Virus record (IMG/VR): IMGVR_UViG_3300037156_000058
Span: 4,692 to 68,691 of that record
DNA: 64,000 nucleotides
Direction: 5' to 3' (one strand)
Origin: a virus
Shown: positions 47,798-57,353 of the stretch, one piece after another
Layout of the letters: every line of letters starts with the position of its first letter
Numbering within the stretch: position 1 is the stretch's first letter
Program-made: the position numbers and the translations under genes
The notes under the pieces: model-generated
The model's database searches: none
What the model was told of the DNA's origin: nothing
What the model saw: only the letters and a program-made list of their open reading frames with translations

Positions 47798-48521
47798 TCA
47801 CCTTAGTATAAATCCTGTGAACAGCCTGATACACCCATTCACCACCGCTGCGGGTTCGATGCCCTTCGTGATTCAGCCTGTGGGCTATCCAAGGCCACGA
47901 TTTTTTCTGTGCGTGAAGATCGGTTATCCGCGCCATGATTTTTTGTTCTTCGGGGTTTTCCAGAAGGGGCTTTCGGATTTTAAGTTCTTTCTCCGCGGCC
48001 GTTCTCGGTTGCGAAGAGTATCCGAACGCGGGAGGCCCTGCCGGAAAACCCTGAGATTTTATATGCTGGAGGACGGACGTGGTCCTCTCGCCAATTGTCT
48101 CCCTCTCCCAAGAGCTTACTGAGGTCATTATGTTGAGTACGAGACGCCCCGATGCTGAGTTTGTATCGAGAGAGTCTACAACCGACACCAGGCTAACATC
48201 CATCTTTGCAAATATTTTCAGCAGGTCGTTCAGGTCGCCTACGTTTCTCGTCAGCCTGTCCAGCTTGTATATCGCCACGATATCCACTTCGCCGCGAGCG
48301 ATCATTTCAAGCAGGCGCTGCATACCTGGACGCTCCAGTGATTTTGCCGAGGCGTCGGAATCGACTATGGTTTCGATAAGCTCGGCCCCTTTGACTACAG
48401 ACATGGCTTCCAGTTTGTGCTTCTGCATATCTAAACTGACGTCTTGCTTGCACGTTGAAACGCGGCAGTACGCAACCATTCGCGGTGTTTTTATATGTGT
48501 GTCCATGTCATGCTTGAGCAT
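47769..48521 (-). CDS. serine recombinase (resolvase domain + short recombinase-type DNA-binding domain)
   Basis: YCRVST..Q, RPG, KLDRL.R, ERETIGER, P.FGY, IA..LN..G..TR.G..W. Confidence 0.9.
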   Translation of the reverse strand: MLKHDMDTHIKTPRMVAYCRVSTCKQDVSLDMQKHKLEAMSVVKGAELIETIVDSDASAKSLERPGMQRLLEMIARGEVDIVAIYKLDRLTRNVGDLNDLLKIFAKMDVSLVSVVDSLDTNSASGRLVLNIMTSVSSWERETIGERTTSVLQHIKSQGFPAGPPAFGYSSQPRTAAEKELKIRKPLLENPEEQKIMARITDLHAQKKSWPWIAHRLNHEGHRTRSGGEWVYQAVHRIYTKVIMKREKVAA

Positions 48522-48558
48522 GGAGCTATCGTAACAGGTTGCATTCTCTAACGCAACT

Positions 48559-48590
48559 AAAAAAGGCGGGAGATCCGAAGATCGCCCGCT
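48559..48590 (-). terminator. intrinsic terminator
   Basis: GCGGGCGATC-TTCG-GATCTCCCGC followed by a T-run. Confidence 0.8.
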
Positions 48591-48612
48591 GAGGTTTCGT
48601 GCTGAGTGACAG

Positions 48613-48828
48613 CTATCGCCGGAGGTAAGGACCGCCTGGCGTTGGACCTATTCCACCGCCGTATCCGAGCAGGATCGAAATAAGCCAGAGAACGACGCAG
48701 ATAATCACGACGGCGCGAATGATCTGCATGATGGTCGGGTCGATACCGGGGATGATGGAGAGCAGCCAAAGAATCAGGCCGACAACCAACAGGGCAACGA
48801 CAACGCTGATAAGAAATCCGGGAAACAT
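48613..48828 (-). CDS. small two-TM membrane protein
   Basis: Two hydrophobic helices linked by IPGIDP. Confidence 0.75.
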   Translation of the reverse strand: MFPGFLISVVVALLVVGLILWLLSIIPGIDPTIMQIIRAVVIICVVLWLISILLGYGGGIGPTPGGPYLRR

Positions 48829-49025
48829 TACTTCACTCCTTTAGCGTTCTTACCGGGTGTTCCGTCGTGTCCGGCATGACCCGCCGCTCCGGTGTCGCCC
48901 TGAATTCCGTGCTCTCCGCGGACTCCCTGCGGACCCGCTGGACCTTTCGCGCGCGACGTTGTGAGAGCCACAAACAGCGCGACCGCCGACATCAGAAACG
49001 AAATAACGCAGATTGCCGTATGCAT
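48828..49025 (-). CDS. membrane-anchored collagen-like protein
   Basis: TM helix then Gly-X-Y repeats; AGGGG RBS. Confidence 0.7.
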   Translation of the reverse strand: MHTAICVISFLMSAVALFVALTTSRAKGPAGPQGVRGEHGIQGDTGAAGHAGHDGTPGKNAKGVK

Positions 49026-49084
49026 GACATTACCCCTTTGGAAACTAAGCCTGGCTGACTGATTCGCCAACCAGGCCCGCAATG

Positions 49085-49204
49085 TTAACTGTTCTGCTTT
49101 GCAACCAGCGCCGCGAGTTCATTCTTTTCGAGTTGGGTCTGCTGCGCCACTGGCTTTGCCTGGAGTGCTGCAATTCTGGCGGTTTCGGTCGGGTTAAGTG
49201 TCAT
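49085..49204 (-). CDS. 39-aa peptide
   Basis: AGGA RBS; helical. Confidence 0.45.
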   Translation of the reverse strand: MTLNPTETARIAALQAKPVAQQTQLEKNELAALVAKQNS

Positions 49205-49277
49205 GATATTTTGTCCTGGCCCATATAGGGCTGCCGTCAAGGTTGCACTTTTAACGCCAATGGGCCAGGAATAGGAG

Positions 49278-49556
49278 TTAAGCAGCGGGTGTGTTCTGCG
49301 TGATTGCTGACGCCAAGGCGTCATCGTTCTGTGTTAGCTGGTCGGTAATCGCCTTCAGGGCGACCGGATCGGTTCCGGCTGCTTTGATCTGCGCCGCCAG
49401 TCCCTGAATAAGAACAAGAGCCGAAGCCTCAACCGTCGTGTTTCGTGTTACTTCCGCCTGCAATGCGTCAAGTGTCTGTGCCATTTTATTGAGTCCCCTA
49501 ATGATCCATCCAACCCCACAGACGAGGACCGCAAGCAGGAATGGAATGTAGATCAC
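49278..49556 (-). CDS. TM + coiled-coil protein
   Basis: N-terminal TM; L..EV.RNT.V..SA..LI.GL...I pattern. Confidence 0.7.
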   Translation of the reverse strand: MIYIPFLLAVLVCGVGWIIRGLNKMAQTLDALQAEVTRNTTVEASALVLIQGLAAQIKAAGTDPVALKAITDQLTQNDDALASAITQNTPAA

Positions 49557-49564
49557 AGCTTTTA

Positions 49565-50602
49565 TTACAACACGTTTGGGGCCGAAACGGTTACCAAGTA
49601 GGTGTCAGCGTAGTTCGCGTCGTAAGGCGCATCTGCCTGCCTGTCATGGTTACTGGCGAATAGCGCACACGTCCCGTCGCGCGATGCCGTCACCTTAGCC
49701 TGCGAGTTGTAGCTCGACGTCGGGCCATGATCGCACAGATCGGTGACCGTGCCATCAAATCCGATCTTCATAATCTTGTTGCGGTGGTCGCACGCGACCG
49801 TGCTGGTCGCGGCCTGTTCCGTTGAAACGAAGCAGAATCCAGCCTGCGTTGGGCACGAGATGTGGACCGCTAAGCTCCAGTCGAGTTCAAGCAGGACTGT
49901 GCTCTGGCCGTCCGCCAGCCGCACCTTGCATATTGCGTTCTTGGCGTTCAGGCCTGGGTCAGGATCGTCGGAGTTCGTCCATATCAGAACTTCGTCGCCG
50001 TTCTGGTCTAGGCAGACGCCCTTGTGCCCGTTGACGTTCTCGATGTGGCGCAAGAACATCATATCGCCGTCGAACAGGTCCATGCCGTGATACTCAGTCG
50101 GGCCTTTGTCTTCCCATGAAACCAGCACGTTACCCTTCGGGGTTAGGTATACGGAGTCGAAGTCTCCCGGCGTGATAAACCTTTTCCCTGTCTCTCCGGT
50201 AGTCAGATTGGTGACGAATATGACTCGCTTGTCGCCCACCGTTACCCGCTTCATTCCGTCCGGGGTCAGCAGGATATCCGCTTCCCCGTTGTCATCGATG
50301 CTGGAGAATTCAGGGAACATCTTCACGGGACCGTAGTTCGCGCCGTCGAACCTCATCCAGGCGTTGCCGTACCGGAAACTGATCTCGTTATCAGTCATCC
50401 AGCGCGGTCTGGAGTCTGCCCGCAGCATCGTGTCGTTAAAGCAGCCGCCGTTGGGGGTGTATAGCTTCACGTGGTCTACAGCGATTAGCGCGACCGCCAG
50501 AGGGTCAACGGAGAGTGGGGCGAATGAACAGGATGCTGAGTACTCCGGGGTGATCCACGGAAAGCCTTCAGCCAGTGCGTTGGTGATCCTCGTGACTGTC
50601 AT
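49565..50602 (-). CDS. beta-propeller-like protein
   Basis: ATGA overlap start; SRDG..ALFAS TolB-like blade motif. Confidence 0.6.
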   Translation of the reverse strand: MTVTRITNALAEGFPWITPEYSASCSFAPLSVDPLAVALIAVDHVKLYTPNGGCFNDTMLRADSRPRWMTDNEISFRYGNAWMRFDGANYGPVKMFPEFSSIDDNGEADILLTPDGMKRVTVGDKRVIFVTNLTTGETGKRFITPGDFDSVYLTPKGNVLVSWEDKGPTEYHGMDLFDGDMMFLRHIENVNGHKGVCLDQNGDEVLIWTNSDDPDPGLNAKNAICKVRLADGQSTVLLELDWSLAVHISCPTQAGFCFVSTEQAATSTVACDHRNKIMKIGFDGTVTDLCDHGPTSSYNSQAKVTASRDGTCALFASNHDRQADAPYDANYADTYLVTVSAPNVL

Positions 50603-51273
50603 TTCCAGACTCCGGTTTCCGTGGTTGCCTGTTTCTGTGCCGGGGTCCATGTATCTTCGCGTCCATCTTTGTGCTCCGCAACCCATCGCCGCAAGTAATC
50701 CTGAACGTCCGCATACCACGCTTTCTGGTCCTTCGTCGAGATGTTCATCGCGGAGTACTTGCCGCCGCCCGCGCCGTCGTTCATTGCCTCCGCGAGTTTC
50801 ATATACTCCCGAATCTCTCCAGTCGCCCGCACCATCGGCAGGTAGAGCCACGCAGGGGTCAGGCACAGAGCGAACTTATCAGCCACGCACAACAGGGAAG
50901 GATTTACGCCATTCTGTTTAGACAGGAAACGTGAGTGCAAAAGGCTGAACTGGCCCCACTTTCCATAAGGCTCGTTGTCAACCCACAGATAATCTTTTTC
51001 GTTGTGGCGGATGGGAGTAAAGTCCCAGTCGATTGTCGGCTCATCGTCAAACCACAGCGTCATAATTTGAGCGCCCAACTTGGGGTGTGATTCACCTTCT
51101 GGCCCGTCCATGTTCGGCTTCCCAAGATACCCGAGATCATGAACGAAAAACGCTACCCACAGGCGCGGGTCCAGCGGGAATCCGTAGAGTTTCCACCAAG
51201 CGAGTGCGACGAACCACGGATGAAGGAAAAAGCAATGCGCTCCGAACAGGACAGACTTCGTTCCGACTCTCAT
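50599..51273 (-). CDS. HD-like conserved phage protein
   Basis: H...HDLGY...HP...HSR...ADK metal-ligand pattern. Confidence 0.65.
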   Translation of the reverse strand: MRVGTKSVLFGAHCFFLHPWFVALAWWKLYGFPLDPRLWVAFFVHDLGYLGKPNMDGPEGESHPKLGAQIMTLWFDDEPTIDWDFTPIRHNEKDYLWVDNEPYGKWGQFSLLHSRFLSKQNGVNPSLLCVADKFALCLTPAWLYLPMVRATGEIREYMKLAEAMNDGAGGGKYSAMNISTKDQKAWYADVQDYLRRWVAEHKDGREDTWTPAQKQATTETGVWK

Positions 51274-51511
51274 TTTGGGAATCCTTCATTAATGGCTTTG
51301 GTTATGCGGGTGACGGTCATGTATCCTGCATTGCAGCCATTGCCGCGCCGCGAAGACTGACGAAAACCTGATCCGGCCATCGCGTCGTCGGTTTTGTTCG
51401 CAAGCAGAGGTGACGCCAGAAGAAGAACAGTCAGCGCGGATTTGGGCAATGAAGATCGACCGAGAACGAAGTTCCTCAGTACCTTGGTGCTGCGGTCGAG
51501 CGAACGGACGA

Positions 51512-51772
51512 TTACCAGTGTCTTGCCCCGTACGCAAGTATGGCAGCGAGAATTGCAGCAACCATCCACTTGATTAGATCGAGTTGGCCGGACCATGCGG
51601 CGAGACGCTCCTTGATTTCCCCCATCACCAGATCATCCTTCACCGCGTGCGCCTGGTGATCGTCGCGAATAACGGAAATGTCATGGCGTACCTGCCCCAC
51701 TTCTTCCCTTAACCCCGTGATGGCAATTTCCACCGCTTCATCCATCTCTCTCCCATGCACTTGGCTGGCCAT
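51512..51772 (-). CDS. coiled-coil + C-terminal TM protein (XhlA/holin-like architecture)
   Basis: KWMVAAILAAILAYG tail. Confidence 0.6.
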   Translation of the reverse strand: MASQVHGREMDEAVEIAITGLREEVGQVRHDISVIRDDHQAHAVKDDLVMGEIKERLAAWSGQLDLIKWMVAAILAAILAYGARHW

Positions 51773-51983
51773 GTTGCCGCCGTTGGTGGAATCTTACCAC
51801 AGACGGAGCACTTGATACTGTAATCTGTCCTGGCTGTAAATAGTACTGGCTTCTGCGCAGGAAGTGTAGTAATGTACACATTGTCGCCTGGTTTGCAAGC
51901 CTTCCGACGCGGGCATAGTTCCGAGATCAGCGGCGGGCCGTCACCCTCGCCGCTGAAACAAATCCAGGTGACGGAAGGTGACG

Positions 51984-52142
51984 ATGAAAGATTCCCCACA
52001 GACGTCCACGCAGGGCGTTTTCAAATTCGACTGCGACCATTGCGGCCGTGAGGTGGTTACCGCTCCGAACGGATCCGGGAAGTGCGGCAACTGCGATCGG
52101 CAGTATCAGATCGTATTGCCCGAGCGGCGGGCCACCGCATGA
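51984..52142 (+). CDS. 52-aa zinc ribbon protein (not in ORF track)
   Basis: GAAGGTG RBS; CDHC...CGNC. Confidence 0.6.
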   Translation: MKDSPQTSTQGVFKFDCDHCGREVVTAPNGSGKCGNCDRQYQIVLPERRATA

Positions 52143-52387
52143 TCCGATACCCGCCCGGATATCAAAGCACTTTGGGTAGACGCACGGACGACGAGGTAAT
52201 GCGGGAACTTGACCGCCGAGCCGGATTCATCAAGGGAGAGTGCCGAAGTATCCCGCTGTCGGAGGCCAGTCCGGCGCCCGAAGAGCAATTCGTGCGCGCG
52301 TCGAAATTCATCAAAGCGCAGCCGAAGAAAAATCCAGTGCCGGGACTGGCGAGTGCCTGTGGGCGAAACTCGAAGGCGAAGCGGTGA
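52139..52387 (+). CDS. hypothetical protein
   Basis: ATGA overlap start. Confidence 0.5.
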   Translation: MIRYPPGYQSTLGRRTDDEVMRELDRRAGFIKGECRSIPLSEASPAPEEQFVRASKFIKAQPKKNPVPGLASACGRNSKAKR

Positions 52388-52599
52388 GCGTAACCGTCCA
52401 CCGACTCCCGCACGTTACCGTGACCGTGGACTCCGAAGAATTAGCTGCCTGGATCGCGAAGCACGGGCCTGATAATAAGGCACGACTCGAATCGACTGCC
52501 TTTTCTACCGGACGCGACAACTATGGGCTCGTCGGGAAAGCCGGAAAGAAAGCGAAAACCGTCAACCACTTCAAGGTTGGCGCGGAGATCGGGCGATGA
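52384..52599 (+). CDS. hypothetical protein
   Basis: GTGA overlap start; coupled to the helicase. Confidence 0.5.
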   Translation: MSVTVHRLPHVTVTVDSEELAAWIAKHGPDNKARLESTAFSTGRDNYGLVGKAGKKAKTVNHFKVGAEIGR

Positions 52600-54119
52600 T
52601 CCTCCGTCCTGCGCAAATTAAATTCCGCGAAGACCTCCGTGACGCGTTGCGCTCGAATCGGGCCGTTCTCGGGGTCGCCAGTTGCGGATTCGGCAAAGGC
52701 ACGGTGATGCAAAACATCCTGATGTCTGCCGTCGAAAAAGACAAACACGTGTTGATGTTGGTTCATGGCCGCGACCGCGTTAACGATGCTGTTGAACGTG
52801 CGACAAAACTCGGAATTCCCCACGGCGTTCTGATGGGCAGCAAAAAGCGTGAGCGCTGGCACAAGATCCAACTCGCATCGTCCGATACCGTCCACCGGAT
52901 GAAGGATAAGCCAAAGGGCGACCTGATCGTGATTGACGAGGCCCACCTCAGTCTTAGCCCTACGTTCCGTGGTGTGCTCGAAGAATACCCGAACGCGAAA
53001 ATTATCGGGCTCACTGCTACACCAGTTCTCGGTAATGGAAAGCCGCTCGGCATCCGCTCGGGAGGAATTTTCGATTCGATGGTCAAGGGGCCTTCCGTTA
53101 AGGAACTAATCTCTGACGGTCACCTTGTTCGATCTGAGGTCATTGCCCCTACTCCGCCGACCGATCTGAAGGGGTTGAAAAAACTCAAGACTGGCGAATT
53201 TGATTCTGAACAGGGAGCCGCGATCTGCGACAACGCGAAGATCATCGGCGACGTGGTGGACCACTACCGACGCTACGCTTCGCATCTGAAGGCCGTCTCG
53301 TTTGGGTTCAACCAGAAGCACGCCTTCGATATCGCGGAGTCGTTTCGCGCTGCCGGTTTCAATTGGGCATATGTGGACGCGAATACTCCAGACGGAGACA
53401 TTCACACGCCGGGAACAAGAAAGTTCATCTGGCACCAGTACGACAATGGCGACTTGCAGGGGATAAGCGCGGTAGGTGTCGTCGCGACCGGCTGGGACCA
53501 TGCGGTCTGTAAATGCTTACTGCTTTGCAGCAAGACTAGCAGCCTTCCGCTCTATCATCAGCGCCTCGGGCGTGGCTCGCGTCCGCACACTGGACACGAT
53601 CATTTCCGGGTCCATGACCACACAGGAAACCTGTTTGAGTTTATGGACGTAGGCCCGTTCTTCGAATCGGAGATCGACTGGAAACTCGACGGACCTCCGT
53701 CGAAAGACTCAGAGAAGCGAATGAGTACCTGCGATCAGCAGGTCCCTGGCGATCCCGCTCCCCGGTTCATCGGCCCGTACCTGAATGGCGTCATGCTTCC
53801 CTGCATGCGCCCGTTCGAGACCGGGCCGAGGGAATGCCCGAACTGTTTTATCCCGATCGTCACAGCAGGGCGCGATGCGTCCGAGATCGAAGCGGAGGCG
53901 GGTGAGCTTGAGGCGATCACGGAAGAAATGCGCGCCGCGGCGGAAGATCGTATTCGAGCGCAGTCGGTTCGTAAGGCGGAATATCTCGACCTCGTGAAGC
54001 TTCAGAAAAATAAAGGCTACAAAAAAGGCTACCCGGCTATTATTTTTAAGTCCAAATACGGGCAGTGGCCGCCGAGCGGCTGGAAAGCTGAAGTAGAGTT
54101 CGCTGCGGGGGTCCGATGA
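52596..54119 (+). CDS. SF2 DEAH helicase
   Basis: GFGKG, DEAH, TATP, TGWD, QRLGRGSR motifs; C-terminal zinc finger. Confidence 0.9.
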   Translation: MILRPAQIKFREDLRDALRSNRAVLGVASCGFGKGTVMQNILMSAVEKDKHVLMLVHGRDRVNDAVERATKLGIPHGVLMGSKKRERWHKIQLASSDTVHRMKDKPKGDLIVIDEAHLSLSPTFRGVLEEYPNAKIIGLTATPVLGNGKPLGIRSGGIFDSMVKGPSVKELISDGHLVRSEVIAPTPPTDLKGLKKLKTGEFDSEQGAAICDNAKIIGDVVDHYRRYASHLKAVSFGFNQKHAFDIAESFRAAGFNWAYVDANTPDGDIHTPGTRKFIWHQYDNGDLQGISAVGVVATGWDHAVCKCLLLCSKTSSLPLYHQRLGRGSRPHTGHDHFRVHDHTGNLFEFMDVGPFFESEIDWKLDGPPSKDSEKRMSTCDQQVPGDPAPRFIGPYLNGVMLPCMRPFETGPRECPNCFIPIVTAGRDASEIEAEAGELEAITEEMRAAAEDRIRAQSVRKAEYLDLVKLQKNKGYKKGYPAIIFKSKYGQWPPSGWKAEVEFAAGVR

Positions 54120-54481
54120 CCGCCAACGACGTCACCAAAGATTTTCTACTGCTCGCGGCGAAGAGGTTCCCCGACGCGTTCATGTGGCGGAATAATCGAG
54201 TCAACGCGAAGATAAGAAATCCCGGCGAAAAGTCACGCTACGTAAAGGCCGGCATCAACGGCCAGGCCGACATAAGCGGGTGCTTTCCGGTTACGGTTAA
54301 CGGCCGCAAGTTCGGTATTCGTTGCGAGATCGAGATCAAGGCTGGCGACGACGTGCAGAGCAAAAACCAGATCAATTTTGAGCAGGCCATGAAGCGCGCC
54401 GGTGGGATCTACATCATCGTTCGCGAGGCGGAAGCCGGTGTTGGTTGGTTGGACATGTTGCTTGTAGAGATGGAGCGATAG
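54116..54481 (+). CDS. VRR-NUC nuclease
   Basis: WRNN...GQADI...EIK......Q..F......GGIY. Confidence 0.85.
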   Translation: MTANDVTKDFLLLAAKRFPDAFMWRNNRVNAKIRNPGEKSRYVKAGINGQADISGCFPVTVNGRKFGIRCEIEIKAGDDVQSKNQINFEQAMKRAGGIYIIVREAEAGVGWLDMLLVEMER

Positions 54482-55131
54482 TGGGTGCCGACCTCCAGGC
54501 TATCCGTGAAGCAACTGACCCGTGGGCGTTGTACAGTTCCGCTGTCAGGCTTAAAAGACTGCCTGGGAATGTTGCGGTTGGATTGTGTGTTTTCCATAGC
54601 GAGAAGACCGGAAGTTTCCGCGTGAACCTCGCGGGCCACCGCTTCGCTGGAAAGTTTCACTGTCACTCTTGCCACGCTGCCGGAGATATTTACGATTTCG
54701 TCCGCCACATAGACGGCTGCGATCTTCCTACCGCGATACGCACGCTGGCAGCAGACGCGGGCATAACCGTCTACGACCGTCCCGATACGCCGGCGGAACG
54801 GCGGCAGCGCGAAGCCGCCCGCATAGAAAAGGAAATCTGCCAGTGGTACTTCCGTCAGGAGTGGCAGAAGGCTCGACGCGGGCTTAACCTGGCGATGGCT
54901 GCATGGGCGGACGGAAATATTTTCGCCGATGACGTGGCTACCATCTACGGTACGCGACTGCGTTGGATCGAGCGTGAGCGCGGGACGGCGCTGGGACTGG
55001 CAGAATTCCGCGCGTCGAAGATCCCTGAACGGCGCTACCGGGAATGGCTGAGTGGCCACCTTGCGCGATATGCCGCGCGCCTTGATTTCGTTGCTCTTAT
55101 ACTGGATTCCGGCAACCAGATTCAGGTATGA
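54481..55131 (+). CDS. CHC2 zinc-finger (primase-type) protein
   Basis: CVFHSEKTGSF...FHCHSC...GD..DFV; GTG start after GGAG. Confidence 0.85.
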   Translation: MGADLQAIREATDPWALYSSAVRLKRLPGNVAVGLCVFHSEKTGSFRVNLAGHRFAGKFHCHSCHAAGDIYDFVRHIDGCDLPTAIRTLAADAGITVYDRPDTPAERRQREAARIEKEICQWYFRQEWQKARRGLNLAMAAWADGNIFADDVATIYGTRLRWIERERGTALGLAEFRASKIPERRYREWLSGHLARYAARLDFVALILDSGNQIQV

Positions 55132-55237
55132 TGGTGGTGCGGAGTTGCTGCCGCGCGGAACTGACCCAACGGGTCGCCTGCTCCTCACCTGGCGGGCGGC
55201 CCGCAGTCCTCCGAACTTCAGGTGAGAAGGTGAGACG

Positions 55238-55498
55238 ATGCCGAACAAAGACAGGCTGTCAGAAGAAGAGTTTGTACGCAAAACCGTTATTTCCAATATC
55301 GTCGGAATCACGAAATTTTGGATAACTCTTCGCGACTATCCGATAGAGAAAATGGTTTACTCCGGCGATCAGATGGTTGCTGAGATGTTGGAAAAATCCG
55401 GGCTTCGCGAAGAGATTATCCGCGTCATCGGCCTATACGACAGGGCTTCCAATACATCTACGGACTTGAGCGTGTTGCAGTACCGGGACTCCAAGTGA
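55238..55498 (+). CDS. hypothetical protein
   Basis: AAGGTG RBS; coupled to the next gene. Confidence 0.55.
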   Translation: MPNKDRLSEEEFVRKTVISNIVGITKFWITLRDYPIEKMVYSGDQMVAEMLEKSGLREEIIRVIGLYDRASNTSTDLSVLQYRDSK

Positions 55499-57297
55499 CT
55501 CCGGAACCAGAACCTGAATCTGTAGACGCCAAAGAACTGGCGAAAAAAATAATTGAATCAGGCAAGGCCAGCGACACGATGGAGGAATCTTTTCTCCGCG
55601 CCGTCGCGCTGCTGACGGAACTTGAACAGGCACGCATCAAAATGGATCTTCGGGCGGCGTTTAAGTCCGCATTCGTGAAATCCGAATGGATGAGCCAGGT
55701 GCGGATATTTATTCCAAAGAAGCCTGTAATCGTCACACCGCGCCCACGTTCAGACCTGCCGGAAATCATCGTATCCGACCGTCAACTTCGCGATATCACG
55801 AAAGACGCGGTAGCGGCTCTATGCAGGGCCAATCTGGATAATCCGTTTCTTTTTGTGCGTTCAGGATCTGTCTGCCATGTAGTCCGAGATGAAATCGGCA
55901 GGCCGTCTGTTGAGGATGCTTCTGATTCCTGGATACGCGGCACGATGTCGCGAACAGCGGACTGGACGCGAGTGAACGAATACAACCAATTCAAGGGCAC
56001 GTTCCCGTCGCCGGAAGTTGTGCGCGATGTTTTATCTCTCGATAACCCGCCGTTTCCGCCACTGATGTCCGTCACGGAAGTTCCGACGTTGCGCGCGGAC
56101 GGCACAATCCTAGACCGTCCCGGATACGATCCGGTTTCCTCCGTTTTTTATTCTCCAGCCTCGACACTGACAACTTACCCGCTCCCAAAAACTCCCAGTC
56201 GCGAACAGGTCAAAGAGGCCCGCGATCTCATCAACGAAGCCATCGGTGAGTTCCCCTACGCCAACAGAGCCAGCCGCGCAAATGTATTCGGGCTCCTGTT
56301 GACTCCCGTTCTGCGGCCCGCTCTTTATGGCTGCACACCGCTCGCGGTAGTTGACGCTCCACAGGCCGGAACAGGAAAGTCTCTCTTGATCGACGTTCTC
56401 TCAATCATCACCACCGGGCGGCCGGCGGCGATGGTTCCGTTTCCCTACCAGGAAGACGAGATGAAAAAGCAAATCGGCGCGAGTCTCACCGCTGGGCGCC
56501 AATTGATTGCGTTCGACAATCTGGAAGGGAAGTTGAAATCCCCGGCACTGGCTCTCGCGCTCACCGCCAAAGAATTCGAGTCCCGCATTTTGGGGTTCTC
56601 GAAAAATATGACGGTCCCGAATATGGCGACATGGATCGTCACCGGAAACAACATCGTCCCCGCAGGAGACATGCCGCGGCGTTGCTACCAGATCCGGCTC
56701 GATGCAAAAGAGTCGAAACCATATACCGGTCGATCATTCAAGCATCCGGACCTTCTCCGGTGGGTGACGGAAAACCGCAGCCAGCTTCTTCACGCCCTTC
56801 TACTCATCGCCCGTTACTGGTTCGCATCCGGGAGTCCGGTGTACGACCTCGGCCCGGTAATTGGCTCCTTCGAGGACTGGCACCGCAAGGTGGGCGGGAT
56901 TGTCACCCACGCCGGGATACCGGGGTTCCTGTCCAACTACGCGACGTTCATTGAGCAGGAAGACGAGTCGCCCGCACAGTGGGAAGACTTCCTTGCCAGA
57001 ATCATGGAACTTTGGGTGGACATCGCAGAGCCGGATGCTTCCAAGTACTTCTCCATCGCGGAGATTGTAGACCGATTACGGGCAGCAGAATCATCCATAC
57101 GCGACCAAGCTCCCGCCGAAATCGCGGACTGCCTTGAGCGAAAAGTAAACCACCGCATTGCAGTCGGCCGACTTTTCAGTTCCCGCCGCGACCGGCGCTT
57201 CGGAAACGGGAAAGAGCAACTGCATCTCGACCGGGAAGTGCAGGCCACCGACCACAAGGGATCTTTCCGGTGGCGGGTTGTTCGCACCACGTCGTAG
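55495..57297 (+). CDS. primase-associated P-loop ATPase / SF3-like helicase
   Basis: PGYD, APQAGTGKS, AFDN, VTGNN, DM.RR motifs. Confidence 0.8.
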   Translation: MTPEPEPESVDAKELAKKIIESGKASDTMEESFLRAVALLTELEQARIKMDLRAAFKSAFVKSEWMSQVRIFIPKKPVIVTPRPRSDLPEIIVSDRQLRDITKDAVAALCRANLDNPFLFVRSGSVCHVVRDEIGRPSVEDASDSWIRGTMSRTADWTRVNEYNQFKGTFPSPEVVRDVLSLDNPPFPPLMSVTEVPTLRADGTILDRPGYDPVSSVFYSPASTLTTYPLPKTPSREQVKEARDLINEAIGEFPYANRASRANVFGLLLTPVLRPALYGCTPLAVVDAPQAGTGKSLLIDVLSIITTGRPAAMVPFPYQEDEMKKQIGASLTAGRQLIAFDNLEGKLKSPALALALTAKEFESRILGFSKNMTVPNMATWIVTGNNIVPAGDMPRRCYQIRLDAKESKPYTGRSFKHPDLLRWVTENRSQLLHALLLIARYWFASGSPVYDLGPVIGSFEDWHRKVGGIVTHAGIPGFLSNYATFIEQEDESPAQWEDFLARIMELWVDIAEPDASKYFSIAEIVDRLRAAESSIRDQAPAEIADCLERKVNHRIAVGRLFSSRRDRRFGNGKEQLHLDREVQATDHKGSFRWRVVRTTS

Positions 57298-57353
57298 ACA
57301 ATACCAACATCCTTGGCCATTGATCCCGCGCGCAGGACATTCACAACTGTAGT

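Noticed and set aside
47769-48521. Fibre-switching invertase system
   Set aside because: The recombinase is about 25 kb from the fibre genes, and I saw no inverted fibre cassettes or flanking inverted sites.
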